Of a stretch of DNA of 64,000 nt, positions 51,300 through 63,790 are shown piece by piece. Within the stretch, counting starts at the first letter, position 1. Every line of letters begins with the position of its first letter. The DNA is from Octopus sinensis (Eukaryota). The position numbers and the translations under genes were made by a program. Under the pieces are notes generated by a model. That model was not told the DNA's origin and did no database searches. It saw nothing but the letters and a program-made list of their open reading frames with translations. The DNA lies in contig NC_043004.1 of the NCBI RefSeq assembly GCF_006345805.1, positions 31,558,001 to 31,622,000 of the forward strand, written 5' to 3'.

Positions 51300-52350
51300 T
51301 CTCGTTGTCGACACCGAAAGTTTTGACGATGCTTAGAGAAGAAACATTTTACGCCTCGGAGACGTCATTAAGTTTAGGCCATTCCAAATTGATAATATTA
51401 TTATTTAAAACACATGAGACAGATATTATTCAAATTTCTTCTATATCTTTGCCCTTTGGAATCTGATTCTGAAGGAATGTTTTTCTGAACTAGCATATGT
51501 CTCTTAAGTCCAGATATTGTTTTACAAGTTTTTTTGACATATGACACAAGACGTAAGAGGTGGTTGGTGTCCAAGATCATTACCTATCTGGACATTACGA
51601 TTTTCATATGACTTCATATGGTTCACGTATCCTGCTTTTGACAACAGAACACAGTCACATATAATACATATCCAATGTTCACTGTTGTTTACAGTTCCAA
51701 TTGTTCCTTTGCGACAGGCCCTTTTAAGCTCAGAATGCTGAGTCATCTTTTCCTCCCAGGCATTGCAATTAGTCTTAGCAGCAGCTCTCCACTTGTTCCG
51801 ATCTAGAACATCCTTTTCTCAATCACTTTTGTTCATATCTAGCTTCTTTAGGTTTTCCTTCACACAGTCTTTATACCTTTTCCTCGAATTATGTTGTGGT
51901 CGCTTACCGGAATTGAGCTCACCATAAAAAAAAGGTGCTTTGGCAAACACCCGTCTTTCATTCTAATAACATGTCTAGTCCATCTCATTAGAGCCAAGAT
52001 AACATGTTGTTCAACTGAGCTGCAACGTGTCATGCGCAAAACCTCTGTATCTGGTATGAAACATTCCCACTTGACTCCTAAGATACGCCTGAAGCACTTT
52101 TGATGAAATCTCTCCAGCATTTTTATATAAGGCTTGTAAGTGGTCCATGTCTCACTTGTATAAAGAATTGCAGACAATACACACGCTTTATAGACACTGG
52201 TTTTTGTCTGCAGGGAAATACCTCTATCCGCCTATTCTCGCTTCCCTATTCAATAGTATATCTCTGCACTAAGACTACCATCTCTTGACAGTGTGCCTTC
52301 TAGGTAAACAAGGCTGCCAACGACTTTTAATCTTGTTCCATTTACAAAAA
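51300..52350 (-). mobile_element. RTE-clade LINE 3' part with three C2H2 remnants and (AAC)n tail
   Basis: Same family as 42830 (near-identical RT C-terminal region); fingers CIICDCVLLSKAGYVNH, CVICQK...SGLKRH, CLMCFK. Confidence 0.9.
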
Positions 52351-53114
52351 TGCAACTAGAAAAGTATATTACTTTTTAAATAGGTTTCAGCCCTAAGGCT
52401 GTATATGTAGTCAGCAGATGAGTTCCTGAGATTTTCAGTATATAAGACACTTAGTAGTGCTCGAATAGTTCGATCTTAAACTCTAATGACTTTACAAGGG
52501 ATGAATCTCACGGGGTAAATAATGGCTATAAGAGGGGTCAAGTTGAGCAGATATCGAGGCAATTATGCAGATAGATCTGAAATGTAAGGACTCTACCTTG
52601 ATGACAAAGGCTCGATTTAACCAATGTTTAATTTTTTCTTTTACGGCCGCATATTGTGATGAGCTACAGCATTACGATGGATCTCCGAGCCCCCAGAAAC
52701 AGCTATTGGATTTATAATACCTTTCTCCACTTTAATTTTCTCTGTCGTTTGTACTCTGTATGTTGAATCTATTAATATAAATATCTATATATCTATACTT
52801 AAATATTCAACGTCTGAAAGTCTTCCCTTTTAGCTTTCTCTCGTTTTGCATGTGTACATATATACATATTTTGTATTTCATACCCAAACTGTTATATTTA
52901 ACACATCTAATTTGTTTATCCGCAAAATTGCCTATATATATACATATACATATACACACACACACATATATATATATATTAAGTACAAAAATATAAAAAT
53001 TCAAAGTTGAGGTTAAAAAACAACGAACAAGATGCATTAAGTTGACGCTCAGAAAAATGGAAGAAGTCTTCAACGCTTCAAGCCTACACTCTACCACGAA
53101 CCACCCGCACACCC

Positions 53115-53226
<112 letters not shown>

Positions 53227-53489
53227 CTGTTTGAACGTATTCTCATAGCTCGTGGGAGTTAAAGAACAGGTTAATAACAGAAAATAAATGACATACTTTT
53301 TCAGAGGTCAAAATCTAAAGCAGGAAAAGGGCAGCAGCACATAAAAATAAAAAGTTTTAAAAAAAAGAAGAAAAGAGAAGAAAAATTACTGCTGAAATGA
53401 AGCAATTTCGTTTCAGCTATGCGGCTGTGGTCATGCTGGAGCATCACCATGATAGGGAAAAAATCAATAAAGTTAATAACTGTTTAGTT

Positions 53490-53511
53490 TATTATTATTA
53501 TCATCATCATT

Positions 53512-53582
<71 letters not shown>

Positions 53583-53624
53583 TATTATTATCATCATCAT
53601 CATCATCATATCATCATCATCATC

Positions 53625-53664
<40 letters not shown>

Positions 53665-53750
53665 TCATCATCATCATCATTATTATTATCATCATCATTA
53701 TCATCATCATCATCATCATCATCATCATATCATCATCATCATTATTATTA

Positions 53751-53787
<37 letters not shown>

Positions 53788-53840
53788 TATAATGATGATG
53801 GTGATAACCACGACGACGACGACGACGATGACGATGACAG
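53490..53840. repeat. (CAT)n/(ATT)n/(GAC)n compound microsatellite
   Basis: Direct reading; spurious poly-H and poly-I ORF. Confidence 0.97.
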
Positions 53841-54225
53841 TCTAGATTTTGAAGGAGATAACGGTCAAATGCAGAAACAGATTCAATAAATTTGATTGAC
53901 AGGTAGGAAGCAGCAAATTTAAATAGATTTTAACGAATGGAATATATTAAAAAAGAATAAATAATATATCTCTTGACAATCCTTGACTATATCTCGGCTT
54001 AAACTTTCATCAGTCGCTCGCTAGCGTTATGTCGTTTGGTGGCCGTATTTTGGTTTGTAATGTAAATGCATTATTATTTCTGGCGATCTTTGTGATTGTT
54101 TTTCGTTTTCGTTTTTGGAAAACAGATGCATGAAAAATGAGCAACGTCTGAAACAATAAATTCCAAATGATCTACTACAATCACCAGAAAGTTCAAATAA
54201 AATTCTTGATAACTTAATCCATAGG

Positions 54226-54383
54226 TGCAGGCGTGGTGTGTGGTAAGTAGCTTATTTCTCAACCATGGTTCTGGATTCAGTCTCACTGCGTGGCACATTG
54301 GGCAAGTGTCATCTACTGTAGTCTCGGGCCGATTAAAGCATTGTGAGTAAATTTGGTAGACTGAAACTGAAAGAAGCCCGTCG

Positions 54384-54385
<2 letters not shown>
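54226..54385 (+). mobile_element. SINE family A 5' half, ending in (ATCT)n
   Basis: Head and CORE-like block present; the 3' half is absent. Confidence 0.8.
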
Positions 54386-54467
<82 letters not shown>

Positions 54468-54569
54468 ACCCTGTGTGTGTGTATACACGTGAGTCGTCTA
54501 AGAGACCATAAGTCAAGGAAAAGATGCACTCGTATATCTATCAGTAGAGAGGGTATAGTATTAAATATC

Positions 54570-55800
54570 TATCACAGTTGGGCTTACCAATCGGTTTCGC
54601 GTTAAGAATACAATGGAGTATTAGGTAACATCCCGATTATATAACTTTACGCTCATCAGAGTTAGTCGATGTGGATGGGAATATGGTGCCTGCCCCTTAT
54701 TGTCGGAGGTGGATTAGCACAACCGGTCAGCGGGTGCTGTGAAAAAGGTGGTGAAACGAAAAAGGGGGCCAAAGGATTAGTTTAGGAGTTATGTCCCTTG
54801 GTTGGGTATGCTTTGAAGCCGGCAAAGTTATCTTGAAGTGTGTATTATTAATGTGGTGCTCCTATGGAGATGGGATGTGTGGTATGTGTAGCGGTGTCAT
54901 ATGTATAATTTTTTTTCCGGTGGTGTAGGTATATATAGCTGTGTTCGTTGGTCTGTTTTCTTTCTGTAAAGGATAAAGTTGTGGGAAGTAGAGGGTTATG
55001 TTAGCGTGCGGTGTGTGATGTGTGTGTGTGTGGAGTTTGTGTATATGTGGGGTACAATTTGTGTGAAGTACGATTTGCATCTTTCTAGGATCTTCCACTT
55101 TATGCTGTACTCCGTGGTGTTTTCTTTCAAAGTCCAAACGTGCTTGGCTAGTGTTGGGGCGTTACATCTCTCTGGGATGTTGAATGAGGACCTGTTTTTA
55201 AAGTGGGTTCTGAAGGGGCCTTCCGTTGCCCCCACATTCTTCTGCACAGTCGGTTGTCCACTGGATCCAGTTGCTGTTACTTCTGCCTCGTAAACAACTG
55301 TTTCCGTATTGCAGTGGCCGTTTAGTGGACAAATTGTGTTACTCCTGAATGAGGTCCTGCCTCAGCCTCGGGTATGAGTCTACCTACTAAAATATTTTTT
55401 TACACTAGGTGCACAACTAAAGGATAATCTCAGGGTATATCTATTAAATATTTTGTTAAATCTATTAGTCTGGGGGAAGTATCAATCAACTAAACTTAGG
55501 AAAATCTTACCTACTCTGGTTTTAACATTTAAAAAGAATGACGGTGTGAACCACAATACTTTCCAGTGGCGCTTTCTCTTAGATGGGGGCTAGGATCTGG
55601 CACCTAACTAATATTATCCAGAGCCCGGTTGTAGCATGGAGCAGCAGCATCAGTGATCTCTTTGCTTGAAGACAAGCTGGAGATTCTCCTGCTGTCACCC
55701 TTAACCAGGTTCCTGAAAACTATTGCTGGATGGCAGGAATCTGTGTTAATGTAAAACAACTTCTCATTTGGTTTCCTAAAGAGCCTAAAGGCACCTGATT
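54570..55800 (-). mobile_element. Penelope-like element 3' portion
   Basis: SSSKEITDAAAPCYNRAL, KRKRHWKVLWFTPSFFLNVKTRVGKIF, CPLNGHCNTETVVYEAEV, VGATEGPF, LAKHVWTLKE...IKWKIL; hammerhead motif downstream. Confidence 0.88.
54581..54665 (-). ncRNA. Hammerhead-ribozyme-like motif
   Basis: CTGATGA-GCGTAAAG...CTTAACGC-GAAA-CCGATTGG-TA: complete core, 7/8-bp stem II, stem III present, stem I only 2 bp. Confidence 0.6.
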
Positions 55801-55863
55801 CCAGGTATGTGTGCGTGTGTGTGTGTGTGTGTATGTGTGTGTGTGTGTATGTGTCACATGCAC

Positions 55864-55916
<53 letters not shown>

Positions 55917-56156
55917 ATATATATATATATATATGCATGTGACATCAACTAGAAGATCACCGAAAAATTGTAGAAAAAAAATTTCTACAAAGTAGGAAAA
56001 TCACGGGCCGCCAGTCATAATCAAAGTAGGCTACTGGCTGGTGAAATCAGACGTAAACTTGAGGTTCTCCATATCTGTTGGTGCGCGTTTTGCAAGCAGC
56101 TACAAAAAATATAAAAAGTTAATAACTGTATTAACTAATAAAATATACGAGGTATC

Positions 56157-56383
56157 GGCGAGCTGGCAGAAACGTTAGCACGCCGGGCGAAATGCTTAGC
56201 GGTATTTCGTCTGCGTTACGTTGTGAGTTCAAATTCCGCCGAGGTCGACTTTGCCTTTCATCCTTTCGGGGTCGATAAATTAAGTACCAGTTACGCACTG
56301 GGGTCGATGTAATCGACTTAATACCTATGTCTGTCCTTGTTTGTCCCCTCTGTGTTTAGCCCCTTGTGGGTAATAAAGAAATA
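56157..56383 (+). mobile_element. SINE family B, full monomer (long-tail variant)
   Basis: A-box TGGCAGAAACGTTAG, B-box GAGTTCAAATTCC, central block, tail GCCCCTTGTGGGTAATAAAGAAATA. Confidence 0.93.
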
Positions 56384-58373
56384 GGTATGTATTTAATGAA
56401 TCAGCTATAGAGTATGAAGTCTCTTAACTTAATCAATTATTGTTGTTAACACCTTACTATCGCTTATCTGATTTATCACAGCGTGTAACAATAGAAGCTA
56501 TGTATAACGCAAGGAAAGAGTTTATAATAGCTATATCTTAGCTATAAACATGTCTGTTAATAAATCGGTAATAGTTACTATGCTACAATCTTAAGATATT
56601 TGAATTCTTAGTAGAATGAAAAATTCATGTTCTGAAAGAAAAAAAAAAAAATCCTATCCAAACCGTCAAACTATATCAATAGTCTCCGGATATTTTCAAT
56701 CAACTTACTTCGAAGGAGGAAATTGTTAGTCGAGAAATGATTTGACGGTGTATTTCAAGTTTTTATGCAATCACATTTGTGTTCATCGAAATTAAATTAG
56801 CTAATGTGTAATAAATGGAAGTCTCTCAAGGAGTCAATTCAAGCAAGTCAAAGACTCTAGAGTTTTCGCCATATGTATTCAGTATTTAATCATTTCACCG
56901 ACTAAATGCACGGTATATTAGTCTAACGATTCCAGCTAGCATATGTCTGATTTTATTCCTTGAATTCGCGAAAATACTTTTTTGCAGGTCAGATTATTTT
57001 AGACTATTATACCCCTGGAAGACGCAAAGTCGAGCAGCTACATGGAATTGGCAGAAACATCGTTATCTTTAGCCTTGAACACAAAACTATGTGGTCTCTA
57101 GCTTTCGAGTCTTCCAAATGTATTGTCAAACGAAATCGCACTCGCTAAAGCATTCTTGCGGATTCAAAGAGTTAAATACTGTTTATTATGAAGTTATTTA
57201 TGTAGGAAAGTGATGGTTGGGGTGTTATCCATTGACGAGTGGCCCACATATCAGGATGAGCGACTTCGTTTTTCTGTATGCGATGAGAATAACAAAATGT
57301 ATTTATGTTTTTTTGGGGCTGGATTATTTAGTCTTGCTGTATGCTACCAGTCACAGAAAGCTGTATCCTAAATTCGATGCTATCAAAACAACCATTGAAG
57401 TTGGTAGATCGATGAGTCACATGGCAGTTCTATATGCTATTTTATGTGATCCGGTTTTTGTCTGCGATTAACTTAGACACATGTTTGTATTATTAAACAA
57501 ACTTCGAGAACAAGCTCTTTCCATACTATGTCAATTGCAATAGTAAGTGGGATCAACATTAGTTTGTTTGAGTTTAGTATCACTATTTCCCTTAACATAC
57601 AACCTTTCGTGTCTGGTACGATATACTGTTCACCAGATTACACAATGAAAAGGAAAGTATGTGGTAAGTTCTGCACAAACTTACTTTACTTAATACACAT
57701 CCTTTGTGACAGTTGTTCAGTAACAGACCTATTATTTTACTCTTTGTAGTGTTCGTTGCCGTTCGTAGTTGCTTGGGGTACCAAAAAACACATCCAGATT
57801 GTGAGTGCAAGCCGTATGTATTTTTTCACCTCCAATAGCAGAGAGTAGTGATCACATTTTTTTCCCACTCCAGCTGACCCTGATGATCATATGGTGTTAC
57901 ATAACCGAGCTATTATTTAACACCCGGTTAAATACCCTGTACAAAACCGATTGGTAAGATTGGCCGTAATGAATATAAAATATTGTACACTGTAATATGA
58001 ATTACAATAAAACGAACGTATTATTGCTATAATGTAGAATAGATCTCTATCGATCTGACAACCTGTAATCTTATGTTCGATCTCACTGCCAGATAAAAAT
58101 GTTAAATATGAAAATTGGTCTACCAAATGTACCCTGGCCCTAATATGAATGGGTTTTTAAGCAACTTGTTCAAGGATACTTAAATAAGATACACTGCTGA
58201 TGATGACGAATCCAACAAGAGTCGAAACATACAGCTGTCCTCTCTTTTACTGTCCACGCGCATACTGTGGAGATGCAACGTTTACATTCGCTGTTAAACG
58301 TTTGGTGTCAAATTGGAAGGTGCAATTTGTAGTAAATTATAGTAACATATATATATGTATATATATATATATA

Positions 58374-58419
<46 letters not shown>

Positions 58420-58421
<2 letters not shown>

Positions 58422-58828
58422 CGCAGGAGTGGCTGTGTGGTAAGTAGCTTGTTTACCAACCACATGATTCCGGGTTCAGTCCCACTGCGTGGCACCTTGG
58501 GCAAGTGTCTTCTACTATAGCCTCGGGCCGACCAAAGCCTTGTGAGTGGATTTGGTTGACGGAAACTGAAAGAAGCTCGTTGTATATATGTATGTATATA
58601 TGTGTATGTGTGTGTGTGTTTGTGTGTCTGTGTTTGTCCCCCTAGCATTGCTTGACAACCGATACTGGTGTGTTTATGTCACCGTCACTTAGCGGTTCGG
58701 CAAAAAAGACCGATAGAATAAGTACTGGGCTTACAAAGAATAAGTCCCGGGGTCGAGTTGCTCGATTAAAGGCGGTGCTCCTGCATGGCCGCAGTCAAAT
58801 GACTGAAACAAGTAAAAGAGTGAAAGAG
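58420..58828 (+). mobile_element. SINE family A, full length, in (TA)n
   Basis: All modules present. Confidence 0.93.
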
Positions 58829-59131
58829 TATATATATATATATATATATATACATGCATACACACACAATGCTACATAGACATACATACAGCATTCAAAC
58901 ACATGCACTCATACACGCTTACACATACGCGCGTGCGCGCATTGTAGCGCTGTATAATTTAATATCTCTACTGTGTCCCCAAATATCTGACTTCCTGTTT
59001 GTTTATACACCACTCATGATAATGGTGTACTGTTGTTTATTATTTCCATGACTTCCTTTAAACGTAGTTCAAGCTGGATGTTTTTAAAAGCTGTTTATAT
59101 TTCTATCAGTTATCGACTTAAGAGTAATTGC

Positions 59132-59220
<89 letters not shown>

Positions 59221-59234
59221 CCAACTCTTCAACT

Positions 59235-61120
59235 AAACGGCTGAGTATTAAACGTACAAAGAAAGTTCTTGAAAAACAGCAGCAACAGACAAGCATACAA
59301 ACCCAACAACAACCAAAACAAAAACAGCAGACACAATTCCACCCACAACAACAAATTGCTCCAACATCCAACTTTGTACTGGTAAGAAGGAAAAAGAAGA
59401 ACTGCCATGTTACATAAAAACATAGCACTAAGTGGAGATATAGGGACAGAGGGTAGGTTTTCAACAAAAGAAGCGGTGATAGTCCCAAAGGACCTCACAC
59501 TGGCCAGGATATCAATAAACAGATATAGAGAAATGAGAGAAAGCTTACAACATGACGCCGGGAACCCATGTCTCATAGTCTCACACAAGTTACATCAAGA
59601 CCTCTTCATGGAACCCCGCACAAAAAAGAATTTTTGAGAGACCCAATCGCTTACAAGAAAATTAAGATAGGTAGCTTCTTATCTTCTTCCCATCGTTCCT
59701 CCTAACACAGCAGCTTTAAGAGTGGGTTGTATAAATGAATATAGCCTATAATCACCTTGGAAGTAGGGGTGCCAACTCAATAAACTCAAGATTTGATACC
59801 TATCAGTAAGACCAGAATATCCGACACATTCTAACGGCTATTTTCGATGACTGAGATCAACGCATCATTGATCTAAACGGCAGGAGTAGCAGTGTTGTTT
59901 CGGAAAAACGGTAATCTTCCTGGACCCGAACGGTAAGTTAATGGTCCTGGACGTGAGCAGTAGCAAAGGGAGGTACCTTCAGACTAGGATGTATCTGTGC
60001 CCCAGCAAGAGCAGAGTCATCAGAATTTTTTGGGTGTCTATAGGTTTTGCTTGGGACGTTCCGGTCTTTATGTTAGTTGGTGATTAGAATGCCAATTTGG
60101 ATGCACATCTAGATTGTGTACGGATAGTAGCCAATAGAAGGTGGGGATACAATGCGCCAATATGGACATCGGCAAACTGCATTGGGTCGTCTAGATCGTA
60201 TCTAGACAGATTATTCTGAGGTTAGTAGGTATGGATAGCATAATTTGTTCACGCGTCTATTTAGTCGGCTACACAGATCACAAATTTGTGATTTGTACAG
60301 TTGACCTAGACAGATTGCATAGGCAGGGACCTGGTTACTGGAAAGTGAATGAGTCTTTCCCAGCGCACAAAGTTTACATACAGAGACCAGATTAGAGATC
60401 TAGTCAGGCGGACGATGACGTGGGCAATCGTCAACAAGTAATGGGGTTGAACCCTGGAAAGGTTGATTACATTAGAGTTGACAAGGATTAGTAAGGAAAT
60501 AGCAACTGAGAATTCTAGACTAGAGGGAGAGCTAATTAGGAACCTAGAGGAGGCGCTTAAGAAAGTTACTGCGAGTGACGTACTAGTAATTCTTCAACGC
60601 TGTGGTGTCAGGGCTAGGGCGAGTGCTCTAAGACATGTTGAGGGAAAGCCGTTCGGTGGGCCCGGCTAGCAGAGGCGCAACATGGCAACAAATCCACAAT
60701 TCAGTCTTTGACGGATCGGAAGGGGCACAAGCGACACGAGGCCAAGTTAATGTGTTCGGTTTTACAGAGTCACTTCGCTCAACTGTTTTGGGTGGACGGG
60801 GGACCGAAGATAAAGGTAGGCTTTACTGCCTAATTCGATGGCCTGCCGCAGTTCCCAGATGAGGATGCAGAATTTTACGAAAGGCCGATAACAGCTGACG
60901 AAATATGGGAAGTGATGGCTAGCTGCATGTGAGCGTTGAGCTGATCCAAGATTTGCGGGTTCCTTGATTACCCATGGTTATTACTACTTTTCTGTTGGGG
61001 AATATTGCTGTTATAGATTTGCTTCTATTGTTTACACTTGTGTCTATGTAAATTCCTGCTGTCTTTTGTCTTTGTATTATCCTAAATGTTCTCGGTCCTT
61101 GTGGATAATAAAAGAAATCG
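59235..61120 (+). mobile_element. Tx1-like LINE, degenerate with a large internal deletion
   Basis: Q/P-rich ORF1 tail, APE remnants (VLDVSS, *NANLD, GPGYWKVNES), RT start (PITADEIWEVMASC) jumping directly to a 3' UTR ending GGTCCTTGTGGATAATAAAAGAAATC. Confidence 0.75.
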
Positions 61121-61172
61121 TTTTTATTTTTGTGATTCTAACAGCTTTTAATAAATTTTCTTTACTAATACT

Positions 61173-61403
61173 TATTTCTTTACTACCCACAAGGGGCTAA
61201 ACACAGAGAGGACAAACAAAGACAGACAAACGGATTAAGTCGATTATATCGACCCCAATGCGTAACTGGTACTTATTTAATCGACCCCGAAAGGATGAAA
61301 GGCAAAGTCAACCTCGGCGGAATTTGAACTCAGAATGTAGCGACAGACGAAATACTCCCAAGCATTTCGCCCGGCGTGCTAACGTTTCTACCAGCTCACC
61401 GCC
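61173..61403 (-). mobile_element. SINE family B, long-tail variant
   Basis: Reverse complement of the 56157 copy. Confidence 0.92.
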
Positions 61404-61419
61404 TTTCTTCTTTACTAAT

Positions 61420-62050
61420 ACCTACATAGATAACCCCACACAGTCTTCTGCTGATATTAACCCTTTTCCACCTTCCTTTCTAAGTAGGTATAATCTTGCT
61501 ACTCCTGCCCTTAGGTGAAGTCCTCCATTCATATTGAATTCCTTCCTAGTTCTTCTGTCTAGCTTTGCTAATTCAGTTTTTGTCCAATCTACCAAAGCTA
61601 CTGAATATCTAAGTAACGATACTTCCCAAGTATTTACAGCCTTCACTAGATTCGGACCATTTAACTTTGACATCATTAGCTTCCTTACCCTTCTAATGTA
61701 CTCCTTCTCAATTTTCGTTATCATTTCTGTAATTAGTACTCTGTCAGATTCTAATACTCCTAGATACTTATAACTCTCTCCTCCTTTCAACGATTATAAT
61801 GTCTGGCCATCTGGTAATTGGATACTTTCGCTGTTGACTACTTGTCTCCTTCTCATGACTAATATTGCACACTTATCTATGCCAAATTCTATGTCTATAC
61901 CTTTACTGAAGAGTCTTACATTCTGTATTAAGGAATCTATCTTTTTTTCATTCTTACTAAAAAGCTTCAGATCATCCATGTGGAGCAAATGGTTAATTTT
62001 TCCATTACTATTTCTGAACTGATATCCTGCCTTTGCCTTCCTTAATACTA
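61420..62050 (-). mobile_element. R4/Dong-like RT fragment
   Basis: LHMDDLKLF...EFGIDKCA...SYKYLGVLE...LYLLRKEGGKGL. Confidence 0.9.
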
Positions 62051-62064
62051 AACTGAGAGGGAAT

Positions 62065-62285
62065 CATTCAGGTGGTGAGCTCGCAGAATCGTTAGCACGC
62101 CGGGCAAAATACTTGGCAGCATTTCGTCAGTCCTTTTGTTCTGAGTTCAAATTTCAACGAGGTCGACTTTGCCTTTCATCCTTTCAAGGTCGATAAAAAT
62201 TAGTATCAGCTGAGTACTAGGGTCAATGTAATCAACTTACCCCCCACCACCGAATTTGCTGACCTTGAGCCAAAATTTGAATCTA
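62065..62285 (+). mobile_element. SINE family B (short-tail variant)
   Basis: Head, B-box and central block. Confidence 0.82.
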
Positions 62286-62286
62286 C

Positions 62287-62319
<33 letters not shown>

Positions 62320-62439
62320 CGTCGTCGTCATTATCGACATTATTATTTTATTATTTCCATTTTACTTCTCAGAGCCCTCGATTTTACTCACTCCGGTTAA
62401 TTCTGAAAGAGCGGACAACAACTTGTTGTCAAAGGTTTC

Positions 62440-63290
62440 ACTGGGTCTCTTTCCACACCAAGTACCCATCGCAAAATCCTCACTGTCCCAAACAAAGCAT
62501 GTTCTGAGCATGATTTCCCCTCATATCAATTCCAATTTCTCCAACATGTTTCCCAAACCAGGTTATTAGTGCTCCCAGAGCCTCTGCAACTGCTGGGATG
62601 GCAGTTACTCTCTTCATTGCATATCTTCATGCAATTTTGTCCTTTAGTAGTTTGTATTTTTCAGCCTGTTCCAGCTCTTTGTCACCCACGCGTGCGTTCC
62701 CAAATATGGTGAGTATCTATGACCTTAGTTGCTTTCTTCCTTTTATCCACTACAACAATATCCGGTCTCGGGGCATCACCCGCTGAGTCACATTGGATTG
62801 CAAAGTCCCGTGAGATCCTACTTTCACTATTGTCGGTGACGCCTTCTGGTTTATGTTCGTACTATTTCTGTGTTCGTTCAAGACCATACTTCTTACACAA
62901 TCTTCAGTGAACAAACTTTGCCACGTTAACGTGTCTCCTTTTGTATTCCTTTCTAGTCAGTTGGCTACACTCACTTACAATACGTATGATTGTTTCGATT
63001 TTGTTGCTACACATCCTACAAAGGAGCGATTCACTGAAACTTGGTGTAATTAGTTTTCAGAGCTTATTCTTGAGTGCTGCATATCAATGTCTCAGTGCAT
63101 CCTTTCAGATCACTTTTCCTTAGCCACCTCCAGGTGTTGGTCTTGTCTTTCCTTTTGATTTCTCTGAGGTATCACTCATGCATCGTTTTAATTTTCCTAT
63201 TGTTTAATCTTTGTTCTCCATGTTGTTTCTTAGATGGTTTTTCGGGGTGTCACGTTTTCACTAGGTATCGTATTATCATTATTCTTTTTG
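62440..63290 (-). mobile_element. R4/Dong-like CCHC + RLE fragment
   Basis: TWRWLRKSDLKGCTETLICSTQE, CRMCSNKIETI..IVSEC, RPDIVVVDK, EKYKLL, EALGAL. Confidence 0.85.
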
Positions 63291-63409
63291 CTTTTCATCC
63301 TTTCGGGGTCGATGAAATAAGTACCGGTTGAGCATTGGGGTCTATGTACCCGACGAGTCGCTCCACCAAAATGTCAGCCCTTATGCCTATAGCAGAAAGG
63401 ATTATTATT

Positions 63410-63790
63410 ATTATCATTCAGTAGTTTTATTTTTAGAGCGTGCTTTCACTTCACTACCGAGCGCAGCTCTGTGTGCCTTAGGTATGTGCTGTGATTTGTT
63501 GTGATGCTCTGATGGTTATTGTATGGAAAGTGTTCTGTGTAGGATGTGTGCAGTGCCTAGTAGTGCAATTTTCTGTATGTTATATGTGTTTGTAAGTCCT
63601 GGTGTTTTTGTTATGTATTTGCCTGAATATTTTTTTATCATGCCTAATGCACCTACTATGATAGGAATTGTTTCTGTTTTTAGATTCCACATTCTGGTTA
63701 CCTCTATTTCCAGGTCTTTGTATTTTGAGAGTTTCTCCATTTCTTTTAGAGACACGTTGTCATCTGCCGGTATTGATACATCAGTTAGAA
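63410..63790 (-). mobile_element. R4/Dong-like 3' end flanked by (TAA)n
   Basis: DVSIPADDNVSLKEMEKLSKYKDLEIEVTRMW...PIIVGALG...IQKIALLGTAHILHRTLS, short 3' UTR, TAA repeats on both sides. Confidence 0.92.

Noticed and set aside
53297-53314. Minus-strand 18-nt microexon-like segment (ILTSEK) with good splice sites
   Set aside because: Phase 0/0 does not join the phase-1 GPCR exon, and such short matches arise by chance; it could only be tested with RNA-seq.
57637-57930. Apparent three-exon plus-strand mini-gene (MKRKVC-VFVAVRSCLGYQKTHPD-SDPDDHMVLHNRAII)
   Set aside because: The splice sites are plausible, but the product is under 40 aa with no recognisable family, and alternative donors give conflicting frames.
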